A program made the translations under genes and the position numbers. Shown piece by piece: positions 43,629-53,246 of a DNA stretch of 62,740 bases (position 1 is its first letter; each line of letters opens with the position of its first letter). The DNA comes from Nanobdellota archaeon. Its GTDB lineage: Archaea > Nanobdellota > Nanobdellia > Woesearchaeales > GW2011-AR9. The notes under the pieces were generated by a model, which did not search any database, was not told the DNA's origin, and worked only from the letters and a program-made list of their open reading frames with translations. Location of the stretch: the NCBI GenBank assembly GCA_030697505.1, contig JAUYPX010000039.1, positions 1 to 62,740 of the forward strand, written 5' to 3'.

Positions 43629-43660
43629 ACTGCAGATATGATATTCTTCACATCTGCAGT
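43629..43660 (+). terminator. 9-bp hairpin downstream of endA
   Basis: ACTGCAGAT (43629-37)/ATCTGCAGT (43652-60). The function is a guess, since archaeal terminators are usually oligo-T. Confidence 0.25.
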
Positions 43661-43698
43661 AAAGAAAACTATATAAAAGGCCTTTCTTCCCAGTTCCT

Positions 43699-44784
43699 AT
43701 GCGCGACCAGGAGAAGATTCTCTATTTTTTGAAAGTAGTTGGACCTACTATCCCTTCTAAAGTAGCTAAAAATATCAACACCGAAATTCTGCTGGCTTCC
43801 GCCCATCTTTCTGATCTGGCGGCGCAGGGCAAAGTCAAGATTTCTAACTTGAAAATCGGCGGAGGTTCGCCGCTGTATTATCTTCATGGACAAGAGGAAC
43901 AATTGTATCATTTTGCCGCCGGCAATCTTAATCCAAAAGATTACCAAGTATTGGAAATATTAAGACAACAGAAAATTATGCGGGAAAATTCTCTCGATTT
44001 ACTTTCCCGGGTTGCCCTTCGTTCATTGAAAGATTTTGCCATCCCCTTGCATGTGACGGTTGGCGAAAAAAAAGAGCTCTTCTGGAAATGGCATCTTCTC
44101 TCAGATGAAGAGGCCTCTGCCAGTATTAAACAACTGCTCTTTGTCAGGGAACAAACCGCCCCATTTCAAACTCCCCATGATCCTGAAGGACAGCAGTCTC
44201 TTTCCCCGGCGATATCAGAACAAGCTTGGGAATCGCAAACCAAGCTGGAAAATGCCTCAGAATTACAGAATATGCCTGCTGTAAGCTTAGAGCAGGAAGA
44301 ACTTTTGGAAGAAACAGATCAGCAGCAGGGACCAGCAGAAGAACTCCAGCAAAAAATTGAGAAAGTGTTGTCGCAAGCTAAATCCAAATCTCCGCGGACT
44401 AAAATGATCTCCAAGAAACCCAAACTCCAAGAGGGAGTTCAAGATAAAATTCAGGATAATTTCTTTCCTTCCACTGAATCCTTCCTGGCTGGCAAGGGGA
44501 TCATCATCCAAGAAAAAGAGATAGTCCGCAAGAATACGGAAGTCAATCTCTTGATCAAAGTCCCTTCTGCGGTGGGGACAGTGACCTATTTCTGCAAAGC
44601 CAAGAAAAAAGCAAGATGCGATGAAGGCGATGTATCTGCAGCCTATATGGAAGCGCAGATAAAAAAACTCCCTTTACTATTCCTTTACACTCATGAACTT
44701 ACCAAGAAAGCGCAGGAGATGCTGGCCGCTGAGGCATTTCAAAATGCCTTGGTTGCGAAATTAGAAAGAGGGGATGGACAATGA
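43699..44784 (+). CDS. Hypothetical protein: two N-terminal wHTH-like modules, a low-complexity acidic/Gln linker and a C-terminal restriction-endonuclease-fold-like domain
   Basis: KILYFLKVVGPTIPSKVAKNI...AQGKVKISNLKIGG. C-terminal EVNLLIKVPSAVGTVTYFCKAKKK. Family not recognised. Confidence 0.45.
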   Translation: MRDQEKILYFLKVVGPTIPSKVAKNINTEILLASAHLSDLAAQGKVKISNLKIGGGSPLYYLHGQEEQLYHFAAGNLNPKDYQVLEILRQQKIMRENSLDLLSRVALRSLKDFAIPLHVTVGEKKELFWKWHLLSDEEASASIKQLLFVREQTAPFQTPHDPEGQQSLSPAISEQAWESQTKLENASELQNMPAVSLEQEELLEETDQQQGPAEELQQKIEKVLSQAKSKSPRTKMISKKPKLQEGVQDKIQDNFFPSTESFLAGKGIIIQEKEIVRKNTEVNLLIKVPSAVGTVTYFCKAKKKARCDEGDVSAAYMEAQIKKLPLLFLYTHELTKKAQEMLAAEAFQNALVAKLERGDGQ

Positions 44785-45518
44785 TCGACTACCAAAATGC
44801 AGCTAATGAAATGAAAGCTGCTGAAAAGAGAATAAAAGATAATTTTGTCGAGTTGGGGACTTTTGATTACCAACGTGCAGAACATTTCTATGATTACTTT
44901 AAGCATAACCGGCGGGAAGATTTAGAGCGGTTTCTAAAGAAAACCGTGGCTTCAAGAGCTCCGCTTCACAGCATCAGAAAAGATTTCCGTAAAATAATCG
45001 GATGCCTGTCTGTGGTAGAAAAAAATGCACATAAAAACCACAACTTTAAGGTTCTACTGAAGCGGGTCAAACATATGCAAAAGCTCCTGGGCGATTTCTT
45101 CAAGCTTAGAAGGACTCAGATAAAAGCATGCCGATCCTTGCTTCGTACTGAAACTGTTCAGAATCCTGTCCTTAACAGAGTATATGAAGGATACAAAAAA
45201 TGTATCTGCAAGATACAGGAGAAGCGCCTTATCCTCTCTTTTGGGAAAGAACGTGATCTGGTCATCTTGTTCGAAGGATTCTTCAAACAGGAGAGAGAGC
45301 GTGTTGATGCCGCCTTCCAAACCTATCTCAATGAAAAAAATAAGAATCTGTCCATGACGGAAGCGCCGCTTGCGGTGGTAGTCCTGATGCCGGCGGTAGG
45401 GACTTCTTTAGCTTTAGCCGTGCATGCTGCCTTTCAGTGGGCTAACCGACACGGCTCTAACCATAAGCTGCTCGTAAAACCATCATCATCCGAGGGAAGA
45501 AATGGGACTGCAGTTTAA
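44781..45518 (+). CDS. Hypothetical protein with C-terminal TM segment
   Basis: 4-bp overlap with the upstream ORF. APLAVVVLMPAVGTSLALAVHAAF. Confidence 0.4.
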   Translation: MIDYQNAANEMKAAEKRIKDNFVELGTFDYQRAEHFYDYFKHNRREDLERFLKKTVASRAPLHSIRKDFRKIIGCLSVVEKNAHKNHNFKVLLKRVKHMQKLLGDFFKLRRTQIKACRSLLRTETVQNPVLNRVYEGYKKCICKIQEKRLILSFGKERDLVILFEGFFKQERERVDAAFQTYLNEKNKNLSMTEAPLAVVVLMPAVGTSLALAVHAAFQWANRHGSNHKLLVKPSSSEGRNGTAV

Positions 45519-46539
45519 GGAGTTAGTAGTAAAGAAGGAAATTTCTATCTCTGATCTGAAAGGTAAAGTATTAGCAGTGGACGCTATGAACATGCTTTAC
45601 CAATTTCTTACTACCATCCGCTCCCCCGACGGAACTGTTCTTACTGATAGCAAAGGCCGGGTCACTTCGCATCTGATCGGCTTGTTCAGCAGAACTACCG
45701 CTTTGATGGAGCAAGGCTTGAAATTGGTGTTTGTCTTCGATGGAAAACCGCCGGAAATAAAGCAGAAGACCTGGGAGAAGAGAGCCGCCGTAAAACAAGA
45801 AGCATCCTTAAAACTAAAAGAAGCCACCGAAGATAAAGATCTGGAATCCATGCGCAAGTTTGCCGCCAGGACCGCCATCCTAACCAAAGACATGCGTGAA
45901 GATGCTAAAGCGGTCATCACTGCTCTCGGCTTACCGATCGTGCAAGCCCCTTCGGAAGGAGAAGCGCAGACCGCGTATATGGTAAAAAGAGGCGATGCCT
46001 ATGCTTCAGTGAGTCAGGATTATGATAATTTGATTTTCAACTGCCCATTATTGGTGCGCAATTTGTCCATCGAAGGCCGGCGCAAGAAAGCTGGAACGTT
46101 AGCTTATCAAAAAGTGAGTCCGGAGTTGATTTCCCTGCCGGACGTGCTGGATCATTTGAAATTAGATCTAGATCAATTAATTGTGCTGGCTGTTCTAGTC
46201 GGAACAGATTACAATCCCGGCGGAGTAAAAGGCATCGGCCCAAAGACTGGATTGAAATTACTGAAAGAATATGGCACTGATTTTAAGGCTCTCTTTAAAA
46301 AAGTAGAATGGCAGAAATCATATCCTGATCTGGCCTGGCAGGAAGTGTTCGATACTATAAAAAACATTCCGGTAACTGATAAATATGGATTGGAATGGAA
46401 AAAGGTAGATGAACAGAAACTCTTTCACTTATTAGTTGAAGAGCACGGTTTTGGTGAAGAGCGTGTTAGGACAAAAATAGAAAAACTGAAAGGAATGCAG
46501 AAAGAGATGGCCCAGAAGGGATTGAAGAACTTCTTTTAA
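45502..46539 (+). CDS. fen1: Flap endonuclease 1
   Basis: MGLQFKELV..., AVDAMNMLYQFL, VFVFDGKPPEIK, SEGEAQ, GTDYNPGGVKGIGPKT. Confidence 0.9.
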   Translation: MGLQFKELVVKKEISISDLKGKVLAVDAMNMLYQFLTTIRSPDGTVLTDSKGRVTSHLIGLFSRTTALMEQGLKLVFVFDGKPPEIKQKTWEKRAAVKQEASLKLKEATEDKDLESMRKFAARTAILTKDMREDAKAVITALGLPIVQAPSEGEAQTAYMVKRGDAYASVSQDYDNLIFNCPLLVRNLSIEGRRKKAGTLAYQKVSPELISLPDVLDHLKLDLDQLIVLAVLVGTDYNPGGVKGIGPKTGLKLLKEYGTDFKALFKKVEWQKSYPDLAWQEVFDTIKNIPVTDKYGLEWKKVDEQKLFHLLVEEHGFGEERVRTKIEKLKGMQKEMAQKGLKNFF

Positions 46540-46565
46540 GAAATAAATGGTGTAAGTGATATAAA

Positions 46566-47105
46566 ATGTTAGTCTTAGTGGGGTCAAAAAATCCAGTAAA
46601 GATAGAGGCAACTAAAGAAGCCTTTACCAAATATTTTGATCAAGTGAAAGTATTAGGGATTGAGGTTGACTCCGGGGTGCCAAGCCAACCCGTAAATCAT
46701 CAAACTTATCATGGAGCAAGAAATAGAGCTTTGACTTTAAAGCGACTTGCTCAGGAAAAATATCCGAACGCGACCTATTTTGTCGGGATCGAGGGTGGAA
46801 TAGAAGAAACAAATTCAATTTGGTTCTCTTTTGGTTTGATCCACGTGATTGATATTAATGGAAGAGAATCAGTAGGAAAGTCTCCGCATTTTATTTTGCC
46901 TAATCATATAGTGCAAAAACTTCTTGCCGGAGAAGAGCTCGGGAAAGTTATGGATCACCATACCGGACAAGAGAACACCAAACAAAAAATGGGCACAGTG
47001 GGAATCCTGACTCATGGAAAAATGGATCGAAAGGAGTTATATATTCATGGCCTGACCATGGCTTTGATTCCTTTTGTGAATGAAAATCTTTATTTTTCAA
47101 AATGA
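46566..47105 (+). CDS. yjjX: Inosine/xanthosine triphosphatase (YjjX/DUF84 family)
   Basis: VGSKNPVKIEATKEAF, VDSGVPSQP, GARNRA, VGIEGGI. Collinear with E. coli YjjX as recalled. Confidence 0.75.
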   Translation: MLVLVGSKNPVKIEATKEAFTKYFDQVKVLGIEVDSGVPSQPVNHQTYHGARNRALTLKRLAQEKYPNATYFVGIEGGIEETNSIWFSFGLIHVIDINGRESVGKSPHFILPNHIVQKLLAGEELGKVMDHHTGQENTKQKMGTVGILTHGKMDRKELYIHGLTMALIPFVNENLYFSK

Positions 47106-47148
47106 GTTTCTCGACACTTTTATAAAGTTTCAATCTCTTCTCTCTTCC

Positions 47149-48168
47149 ATGCTCGCAGCCTACACCGAACTCAGATACGCAGAAAAAGTAAAACAGTTTC
47201 TTCTCAAAAAAGGATTCCTTCACCAAGATCACCTGCCGGTGAAAGAGCTGGACCATATATTTTTTGCCATGACTAAAAAAGTAGCTGTTCCTCATGCTAA
47301 AGTTGTCAACACTAAATTCTCTTTCCCTGAACGGCAGAAAGCAGTTACTGTTGATGAGCTGCTCAAAAAAGAGCTGACTGCCAAAGAAATGGAACTACTT
47401 CCCCGGACGCAGGAACTGGTAGGAGAGATTCTCATTTTAGAAATCCCTGAAGAATTAAAAAAGAAAGGGAAAGTGATTGCTGAAGCCTATCTCAAGGTAA
47501 ACAAGCATATTACTACAGTAGTCAAGAAAAGCGATATCCATACCGGGCAATATCGCACCAGAAAAGTAACTATCCTAGCTGGAAAGAAAACTAAAGAAAC
47601 CATACATCATGAAAATGGCATAGAATTAAAGCTGCACTTGGAGAGGACCTATTTCTCCGCCAGAAGCGGAAGTGAGCGTTTGAGAATCGCTCAATCAATC
47701 AAGCCGGGAGAGGAGGTCTTAGTCATGTTTTCTGGCGCTGCGCCGTATCCATTAGTCATCGCCAAGAATTCAGAAGCGCGGCATGTCTATGGCATTGAAT
47801 TAAATCCCGAGGCTCACGCCTATGCTGTAGAAAATGTGCTGCTCAACAATCTCCAAGATAGAGTAACAATTATGCACGGAGATGTAAAACATAAAATTCC
47901 ACCGCTGAAAAAGAAATTTGATCGCATCGTCATGCCTTTGCCTAAAACTGGAGAGCAATTCTTGGATCTGGCTTTGCTCAAAGCAAAGAAAGGCGCTATT
48001 ATTCACTTGTATTCTTTTCTTGATGAAGCTGAAATCAACCCTTATGCTAAAAAGGTCAAGCAGATCTGCAAGAAACTCGGTAAGGAAGTCAAAGTCCTGC
48101 GCAAAGTCAAATGCGGGCAATTCTCGCCGGGAACTTTTAGAGTATGCTTGGATCTGAAAGTGCTATAG
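47149..48168 (+). CDS. trm5: Met-10+/Trm5-family tRNA (m1G37 / wyosine pathway) methyltransferase
   Basis: VMFSGAAPYPLVIAK, VYGIELNPEAHAYAVENVLLNNL, DRIVMPLP. Start moved to the ATG at 47149. Confidence 0.7.
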   Translation: MLAAYTELRYAEKVKQFLLKKGFLHQDHLPVKELDHIFFAMTKKVAVPHAKVVNTKFSFPERQKAVTVDELLKKELTAKEMELLPRTQELVGEILILEIPEELKKKGKVIAEAYLKVNKHITTVVKKSDIHTGQYRTRKVTILAGKKTKETIHHENGIELKLHLERTYFSARSGSERLRIAQSIKPGEEVLVMFSGAAPYPLVIAKNSEARHVYGIELNPEAHAYAVENVLLNNLQDRVTIMHGDVKHKIPPLKKKFDRIVMPLPKTGEQFLDLALLKAKKGAIIHLYSFLDEAEINPYAKKVKQICKKLGKEVKVLRKVKCGQFSPGTFRVCLDLKVL

Positions 48169-49405
48169 TTTTATCACGATACACATCGATCAATCTTTGT
48201 ACTACTTTTTCCTCCGCATACAATCCCTTAACAACTTTTCTTCCTTTCTTGCCCATTTCTTTTCGCAATGCTGGGTTGTGCATTAATAGAGTTATAGCTT
48301 CCCGCAACTGCTGCACATTTCCTGGATCAACTAAAATACCCGTTCCCTCGGCCATGGTCTCTTTAATCCCGCCAATGGCTGAACCGATCACCGGCTTTCC
48401 TGCGGCCATGGCTTCGATAGCGATCCTGCCAAACGGTTCCGGCCAGATGGAAGGGAAAACAACGATATCTGCCTGAGCATACAAAGAAGGGATTTTGTCG
48501 TAAGGAACTGGCGGATGAATTGTTGCAGATAAATTCTTATTTTGGATCATCTGCTGCAATTCCTCTTTCAATGCTCCTTCGCCATAGATTTTACACTCGA
48601 CATCTAAGCCCTGGAACGCTTCCAGTAACACCTGCGCTCCTTTCGAACGTATCAAAGAGCCAAGAAACAATACTTTTGTTTTTTCTTTTTTTGCGATTTC
48701 ATTTTTGATAGTATCTATCTTGAACTTGGTAATATCAAGAGCATTAGGTATGGCCGTGCTTTCATGTCCCTGCTGTTTCAACAAGTTCTGTACATACTCA
48801 CTGATAGCGATAAGATTGCAATACTTCAGCGCTTCATTGAGTTGGCTATAATAATAGTAAATATAAGATAGGCCAGGAGCGTTGTATTTCAGATACCACT
48901 CATTTTTCATCTTGCCGATCTCTGCAGAATCGCGCTGGCAGGAAAGAAATTCTGTAAAAGAACACTTTACTTTGCACTCGCTTTTGCCGTGGAAGATACG
49001 ATCTCCTTTTGGGCAGAGAGTAGGATAGCTTTCGATCGTCGCAAATAAAGGAATTCCAAAACCCTTTAACTGAGACGCAGCAATGATACTGGTCCCGATA
49101 AAATGAATAGCTTCGATTTGCTTCTTCTTCACGATCTTATTGACTTCTTCAACTACCGATTTTGGAAAAATCAAAGAGCGTTTTAAATTCTCCACTAATC
49201 CTGAAGGGTTGTCTCCCGTTCTTAGTTTGCGGTAGATGGTTACTCCTTCTTTTTGTTCTGTTTCTGGTAGTCCAAAATGCTGTGAAGTCAGTACAGAAAC
49301 TTCCACTCCACTCTCAGCCAATGCTGTAGCTAGAAGTTCCAGATTAATTTCTCCTCCACCCATAACTTTAGGAGGGTAATACTCAGATACAAACAGAATG
49401 TTCAT
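48137..49405 (-). CDS. Family-4 glycosyltransferase
   Basis: VVFPSIWPEPFGRIAIEAMAAGKPVIGSAIGGIKE. Confidence 0.85.
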   Translation of the reverse strand: MNILFVSEYYPPKVMGGGEINLELLATALAESGVEVSVLTSQHFGLPETEQKEGVTIYRKLRTGDNPSGLVENLKRSLIFPKSVVEEVNKIVKKKQIEAIHFIGTSIIAASQLKGFGIPLFATIESYPTLCPKGDRIFHGKSECKVKCSFTEFLSCQRDSAEIGKMKNEWYLKYNAPGLSYIYYYYSQLNEALKYCNLIAISEYVQNLLKQQGHESTAIPNALDITKFKIDTIKNEIAKKEKTKVLFLGSLIRSKGAQVLLEAFQGLDVECKIYGEGALKEELQQMIQNKNLSATIHPPVPYDKIPSLYAQADIVVFPSIWPEPFGRIAIEAMAAGKPVIGSAIGGIKETMAEGTGILVDPGNVQQLREAITLLMHNPALRKEMGKKGRKVVKGLYAEEKVVQRLIDVYRDKTIALSDPSIL

Positions 49406-49576
49406 GATATAAAAACCATAGGTTTGCTTTATAATAATTATGGAAGTAAAAGTTTATAAAAAATAACTATTTAACCACAAAAGAAGTAAAAATCTTCAAG
49501 AGTGAACAACGCGATGATTATGTGAACACCATTCCCTCTATGGGATACGGATGTAACTGATGAGCGTTCACAGGTC

Positions 49577-50800
49577 TTACCCGATCAACCCAGCCGCGTC
49601 ATCATCTTCTTCAATCTGGATTTTTTCAATTGCTGCAAGGAAATCGTTATGGGTGACATATCCCCGGTTTTCTCGGATAGCGCAGTAACCTGCTTCCGTA
49701 CATACTGCCTGAAGTTCAGCTCCGCTGAAATTTTCTGTCTTTGCGGCGACTTCCTTCCTGTTAACCCTGCGCAAATTCATGTTTGCAGTATGGACTTTGA
49801 GGATCTCTAATCTTCCTTCCTCGTCTGGCAGGCCCACTTCAATCAAGCGGTCCAATCTTCCTGGCCTAATGATGGCGGTATCGAGAATATCAGCCCTGTT
49901 GGTAGCGCCAATGATCTTAACATTATCCAAATGTTTGAAACCATCTATTTCGGCTAAAAATTGCATGAAGGTCCTGCTTACTTCTCTCTCTCCTGAAGTT
50001 CCGGTCTCCATCCTTTTTGAGGCTAAGGCATCAATCTCATCGATAAATACGATGGAAGGCGCTTTCCGTCTGGCCAAGGTAAAAATATCTTTGACTAATT
50101 TTGCTCCCTCACCGATGAATTTCTGCACTAATTCTGAACCGACTACTTCGATGAAAGTTGCATTAGTGCTGCTGGCCACTGCTTTTGCCAACAAGGTCTT
50201 ACCCGTTCCCGGGGGGCCGTACAGAAGCACTCCTTTAGGCGGTTTGATCCCTACATTTTCAAATAATTCTGGCTTGGTGAGTGGAAGTTCTATCACTTCT
50301 TTTATTTCACGCACCACTTCTTTTAATCCGCCTATGGAATTCCAATCTTCTTTTGGTTTTTCTACAATGACGTATTTCTCAACTTCAAAATTTTCATTCG
50401 CCTCAAATTTCTCTACGATATTGAGGGATTTTTGGTCAACTAAAGCAGCATCTCCGCTTCTGATATCCTTGACATGCTGGGCAATGTAGCAGTAGAATTT
50501 GTTTCCATTAGGAAGCTTGATGGCAGCTTTGTCGCCGTGTACGCTCACCACCTCAGCGACCAGCAGGGAAGGCTTCTTCAGATTGTTTAATTCATTATTG
50601 GTATTATTGAATAATTCACGCAAGATGGAGCTTTCCTGCTCCACTTTGATCAAGGTGCTAGAAATAGTCTTGTTCTCTTCTTCCAGTTTTTCTACCGTCT
50701 CAGCAAGGATTCGGTTCTCTTCTTCTAAATCAACCGCATTGACGGTCTGAGAATAGACCATCTTGTCATTTTGAGTTTCATTCGCGTTCGCTTTTGCCAT
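49577..50800 (-). CDS. pan: Proteasome-activating nucleotidase (AAA+)
   Basis: N-terminal coiled coil, GVLLYGPPGTGKTLLAKAVA, IVFIDEIDAL, GATNRADILD. Confidence 0.9.
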   Translation of the reverse strand: MAKANANETQNDKMVYSQTVNAVDLEEENRILAETVEKLEEENKTISSTLIKVEQESSILRELFNNTNNELNNLKKPSLLVAEVVSVHGDKAAIKLPNGNKFYCYIAQHVKDIRSGDAALVDQKSLNIVEKFEANENFEVEKYVIVEKPKEDWNSIGGLKEVVREIKEVIELPLTKPELFENVGIKPPKGVLLYGPPGTGKTLLAKAVASSTNATFIEVVGSELVQKFIGEGAKLVKDIFTLARRKAPSIVFIDEIDALASKRMETGTSGEREVSRTFMQFLAEIDGFKHLDNVKIIGATNRADILDTAIIRPGRLDRLIEVGLPDEEGRLEILKVHTANMNLRRVNRKEVAAKTENFSGAELQAVCTEAGYCAIRENRGYVTHNDFLAAIEKIQIEEDDDAAGLIG

Positions 50801-50892
50801 TATTTGTTCTTAGAAGGCAATTTTATATTTAAATTTACTGCCTGCTTTATTCGTCTTTATGCAAAAAATGTCAGGTCTTCAACTTCTAAAAT

Positions 50893-50959
50893 CTGCTTTT
50901 TCCACCAGTATATTTCACTGGTGGTGAATCAGTGATTTCACCTAGGCTGGAAAAAGCAG
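50893..50959 (-). ncRNA. Y-shaped hairpin element adjoining module D
   Basis: CTGCTTTTTCCA (50893-904)/TGGAAAAAGCAG (50948-59), 12 bp, encloses CCACCAGT/ACTGGTGG and GGTGAA/TTCACC. Strand inferred from module D. Confidence 0.4.
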
Positions 50960-50964
50960 GGTCG

Positions 50965-51203
50965 GAAAACTGACCAGAGCGAAGCATGAAATAAAGAAAC
51001 TACTTTATTTCAGCTCAGAAAAGAAATCGTTGTTTCTTTTCTTGAGCGAGTATGCATGAAATTTGAAAACTATCAAATTTCAGCACTGAAAACTAATCGT
51101 TGTTAGTTTTCATGTGCCGCTGGTCCACTCGGAAACAAAGTTTCCGGTGTGCCAGAGAAATCGCTGTTTCTCTGTGCATATTGGCCAGCGGTGGTCAGTT
51201 TTC
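50965..51203 (-). ncRNA. Multi-hairpin structured RNA module, copy D (239 nt, minus orientation), closed by a 12-bp stem that overlaps the stop codon of the transglutaminase-like gene
   Basis: Closing pair 50965-76/51192-203 (GAAAACTGACCA/TGGTCAGTTTTC on the minus strand). On the minus strand the hairpins are TGAAATAAAG-TAGTTT-CTTTATTTCA (50987-51012), GAAAAGAAA-CAACGA-TTTCTTTTC (51018-41), TGAAATTTG-ATAGTTTT-CAAATTTCA (51057-82) and TGAAAACTAA-CAACGA-TTAGTTTTCA (51087-112). CCGCTGG/CCAGCGG (51117-23/51185-91) encloses CAGAGAAA-CAGCGA-TTTCTCTG and GGAAAC-ttt-GTTTCC. Confidence 0.6.
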
Positions 51204-53174
51204 TTTGACGAATAAGTTAATCAGCCAGTTTGAAAGCATTTTTACCTTGTCAGCGAAAGAATTCCCTTCTGCTTTCACTATTATTTTTTGCTCGGTAGAA
51301 TAGGCCTTTCCCTGCCGATCCTCCCAGTTGGCAGTAATAATGAACTCAGTATTCCTACTCAAGCTTTGCCCATCGACAAGATAACTTATCTTTTCTTCCG
51401 GTCCTAAGCCGGGAATATCCCAAACACTCTTCGCTCCTGCGCCAGAAATAGCCAAGGCAAGATTTCGTGGCTCTGCAAAGGAATCTTTTTGGAGCGATAT
51501 TTCGATGGTTGGAGAATCGCCAAACTGGATCACTGGGGGATATTTCGCAGAAATAGTCAGCTGTGGAGTATCCAATACCGCATATTCCAGGGGCATTTTT
51601 TTCTCCACTTCCTTATTTTCCGCACGTACGATCACTTTCTGCCAGCCGGCATTTTCGCCCTTTACCGTGACTTCTATGTTTTTCTTTTGATTGATGGGCA
51701 GATCCGCGGTCTCGCAGGCATCTCCGACGCAGAAAGTAAGACTTTTAAAGTTTGTATTTCCGGTGTTCTTGATGGAACAGGTGACCGGCGCTTCTTCTCC
51801 CAGCATGATCTCTTTTTTATACTGGCAATCGAAAGTGATCTTTTGCGAGTAACTTTTCTCTTCATCTTGGATGCTCAGCTCCTCGATCTCTGCTTTAGAA
51901 TAGGTGTTTTTTCCCACTTGGGCGGTAAAAGTGTCATCAACAGAAGCATTTTTCTCAGAATAGATTCTGACCGGGAAAGTATAGACATAATTCTCCTGAA
52001 GATTTTCCGGTATTTTGACCATCCAAAAAGTTTCCCGCACTTCCCGAGGAGGGAGAAGGATATTTCTTCTGTTCCTGCCGATCACTTCTACTTCCTTGGG
52101 GGCAGCCAAATTAAGGGCGGTAGCAGCATAATAATGAGCATTATTCCTGACCACGCCTTTCACTAAATTGTAACTTCCAAAACCGACTTCATGGGCCAGG
52201 ATTTCCTGTTCCAGCTGGATCTGCTCAGGAACAGCAGCACCTTCTTTCTCAACCGTAACCTCAAGGCCTAATTTTCCTTTCTCCAATTTCACTCCATCGG
52301 AAACCCATTCATATTTTACTGCCGGTTCGGTGGGATCGAAACTGTCTCTCAAGCGCAGGTGGGTCACATCAACATAACCGTATTGATTGAAAGTGACATC
52401 AAAGCTTACCCAGCCTATCTCGGGGAAGTACACTTCCGCCCACCCATGCCCGGCCCAATTTGAACCGACCGCATTGACGACTTCTTGGCTGTTAGTATAC
52501 GAAATTCCGGAAACGAACCGTGCAGGGATCCCTAAGGATCTAGCCATAGCTACAAATAAGGAAGTCATCTCATCGCAGACACCTTGCTTATTCTGGAGAA
52601 CCCAGCTTCCTTTCTGAGAAGCGGCGCTGGTGACCGTGTTGAGATCATACTCAATATGTTCTTCCACCCAGCTGGCCAGATTGAATGCTACTTTGAACAG
52701 ATCGTCTTCTCCTTCTGCCAATTCAGCCGCTTTAGCGATCACTGCCGGATGATCGGAATCGATAGTTTCAGTCGGCTCTAGATATTGTTCTAATCCCTGC
52801 ACATCCTGCGGCCGCAAAGGAAAAGAGATTTTTTCTTTTACTGCCAAGCGCTGGTTCTGCGTCGCTATCAATGCAGCGTATCCGAACTTTTTCTTCTCAA
52901 TCTGCCCATCATTCCAGAAAAAAGAGACCATCTCATCTTTTACTATTCCTTCGCTGTCCCATAGGATAATCTTTTGTCGTTGACTTTCTTGGGGATAGAG
53001 AAACAGGTCGGCAGTAACTTCTTTTATATCGGCCCCGCTTTTGGTCGGCACTAACTCCAAAGAACCCTCTACGTTCAATCGTAATTCCAACGACTCCATG
53101 GAATAGAGATCATTTTCCGCAAAGGATGAAGAGACAAATAACATTAACAACAATAAAACAAGCCGCCATTTCAT
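51195..53174 (-). CDS. Secreted transglutaminase-like cysteine protease-fold protein with C-terminal CARDB-like domains
   Basis: Signal MKWRLVLLLLMLFVSSSFA. QGVCDEMTSLFVAMARSLGIPARFVSG, GHGWAEVY and FDVT form the Cys-His-Asp core. Confidence 0.8.
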   Translation of the reverse strand: MKWRLVLLLLMLFVSSSFAENDLYSMESLELRLNVEGSLELVPTKSGADIKEVTADLFLYPQESQRQKIILWDSEGIVKDEMVSFFWNDGQIEKKKFGYAALIATQNQRLAVKEKISFPLRPQDVQGLEQYLEPTETIDSDHPAVIAKAAELAEGEDDLFKVAFNLASWVEEHIEYDLNTVTSAASQKGSWVLQNKQGVCDEMTSLFVAMARSLGIPARFVSGISYTNSQEVVNAVGSNWAGHGWAEVYFPEIGWVSFDVTFNQYGYVDVTHLRLRDSFDPTEPAVKYEWVSDGVKLEKGKLGLEVTVEKEGAAVPEQIQLEQEILAHEVGFGSYNLVKGVVRNNAHYYAATALNLAAPKEVEVIGRNRRNILLPPREVRETFWMVKIPENLQENYVYTFPVRIYSEKNASVDDTFTAQVGKNTYSKAEIEELSIQDEEKSYSQKITFDCQYKKEIMLGEEAPVTCSIKNTGNTNFKSLTFCVGDACETADLPINQKKNIEVTVKGENAGWQKVIVRAENKEVEKKMPLEYAVLDTPQLTISAKYPPVIQFGDSPTIEISLQKDSFAEPRNLALAISGAGAKSVWDIPGLGPEEKISYLVDGQSLSRNTEFIITANWEDRQGKAYSTEQKIIVKAEGNSFADKVKMLSNWLINLFVKEN

Positions 53175-53246
53175 GTAAAATTTTATTTTTCTCAGTAATA
53201 TAAAGTTTGCGCATAATCTTTTAAAGAGCTTTTGAATCTAATTGCT

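Noticed and set aside
50893-51203. SRP (7S) RNA or RNase P RNA, suggested by the length of about 310 nt
   Set aside because: I found no GGAA/GNAR helix-8 motif with AGCA and no GAGGAAAGUCC-like or ACAGAA-type RNase P conserved regions. The hairpins are clearly paralogous to those at three other loci, which is not expected for single-copy housekeeping RNAs. This still needs cmscan.
51100-51303. ORF 51100-51303 (+), and ORFs 11392-11595 (+) and 31615-31797 (-)
   Set aside because: Each sits inside an intergenic hairpin-rich element and has no protein-like features.
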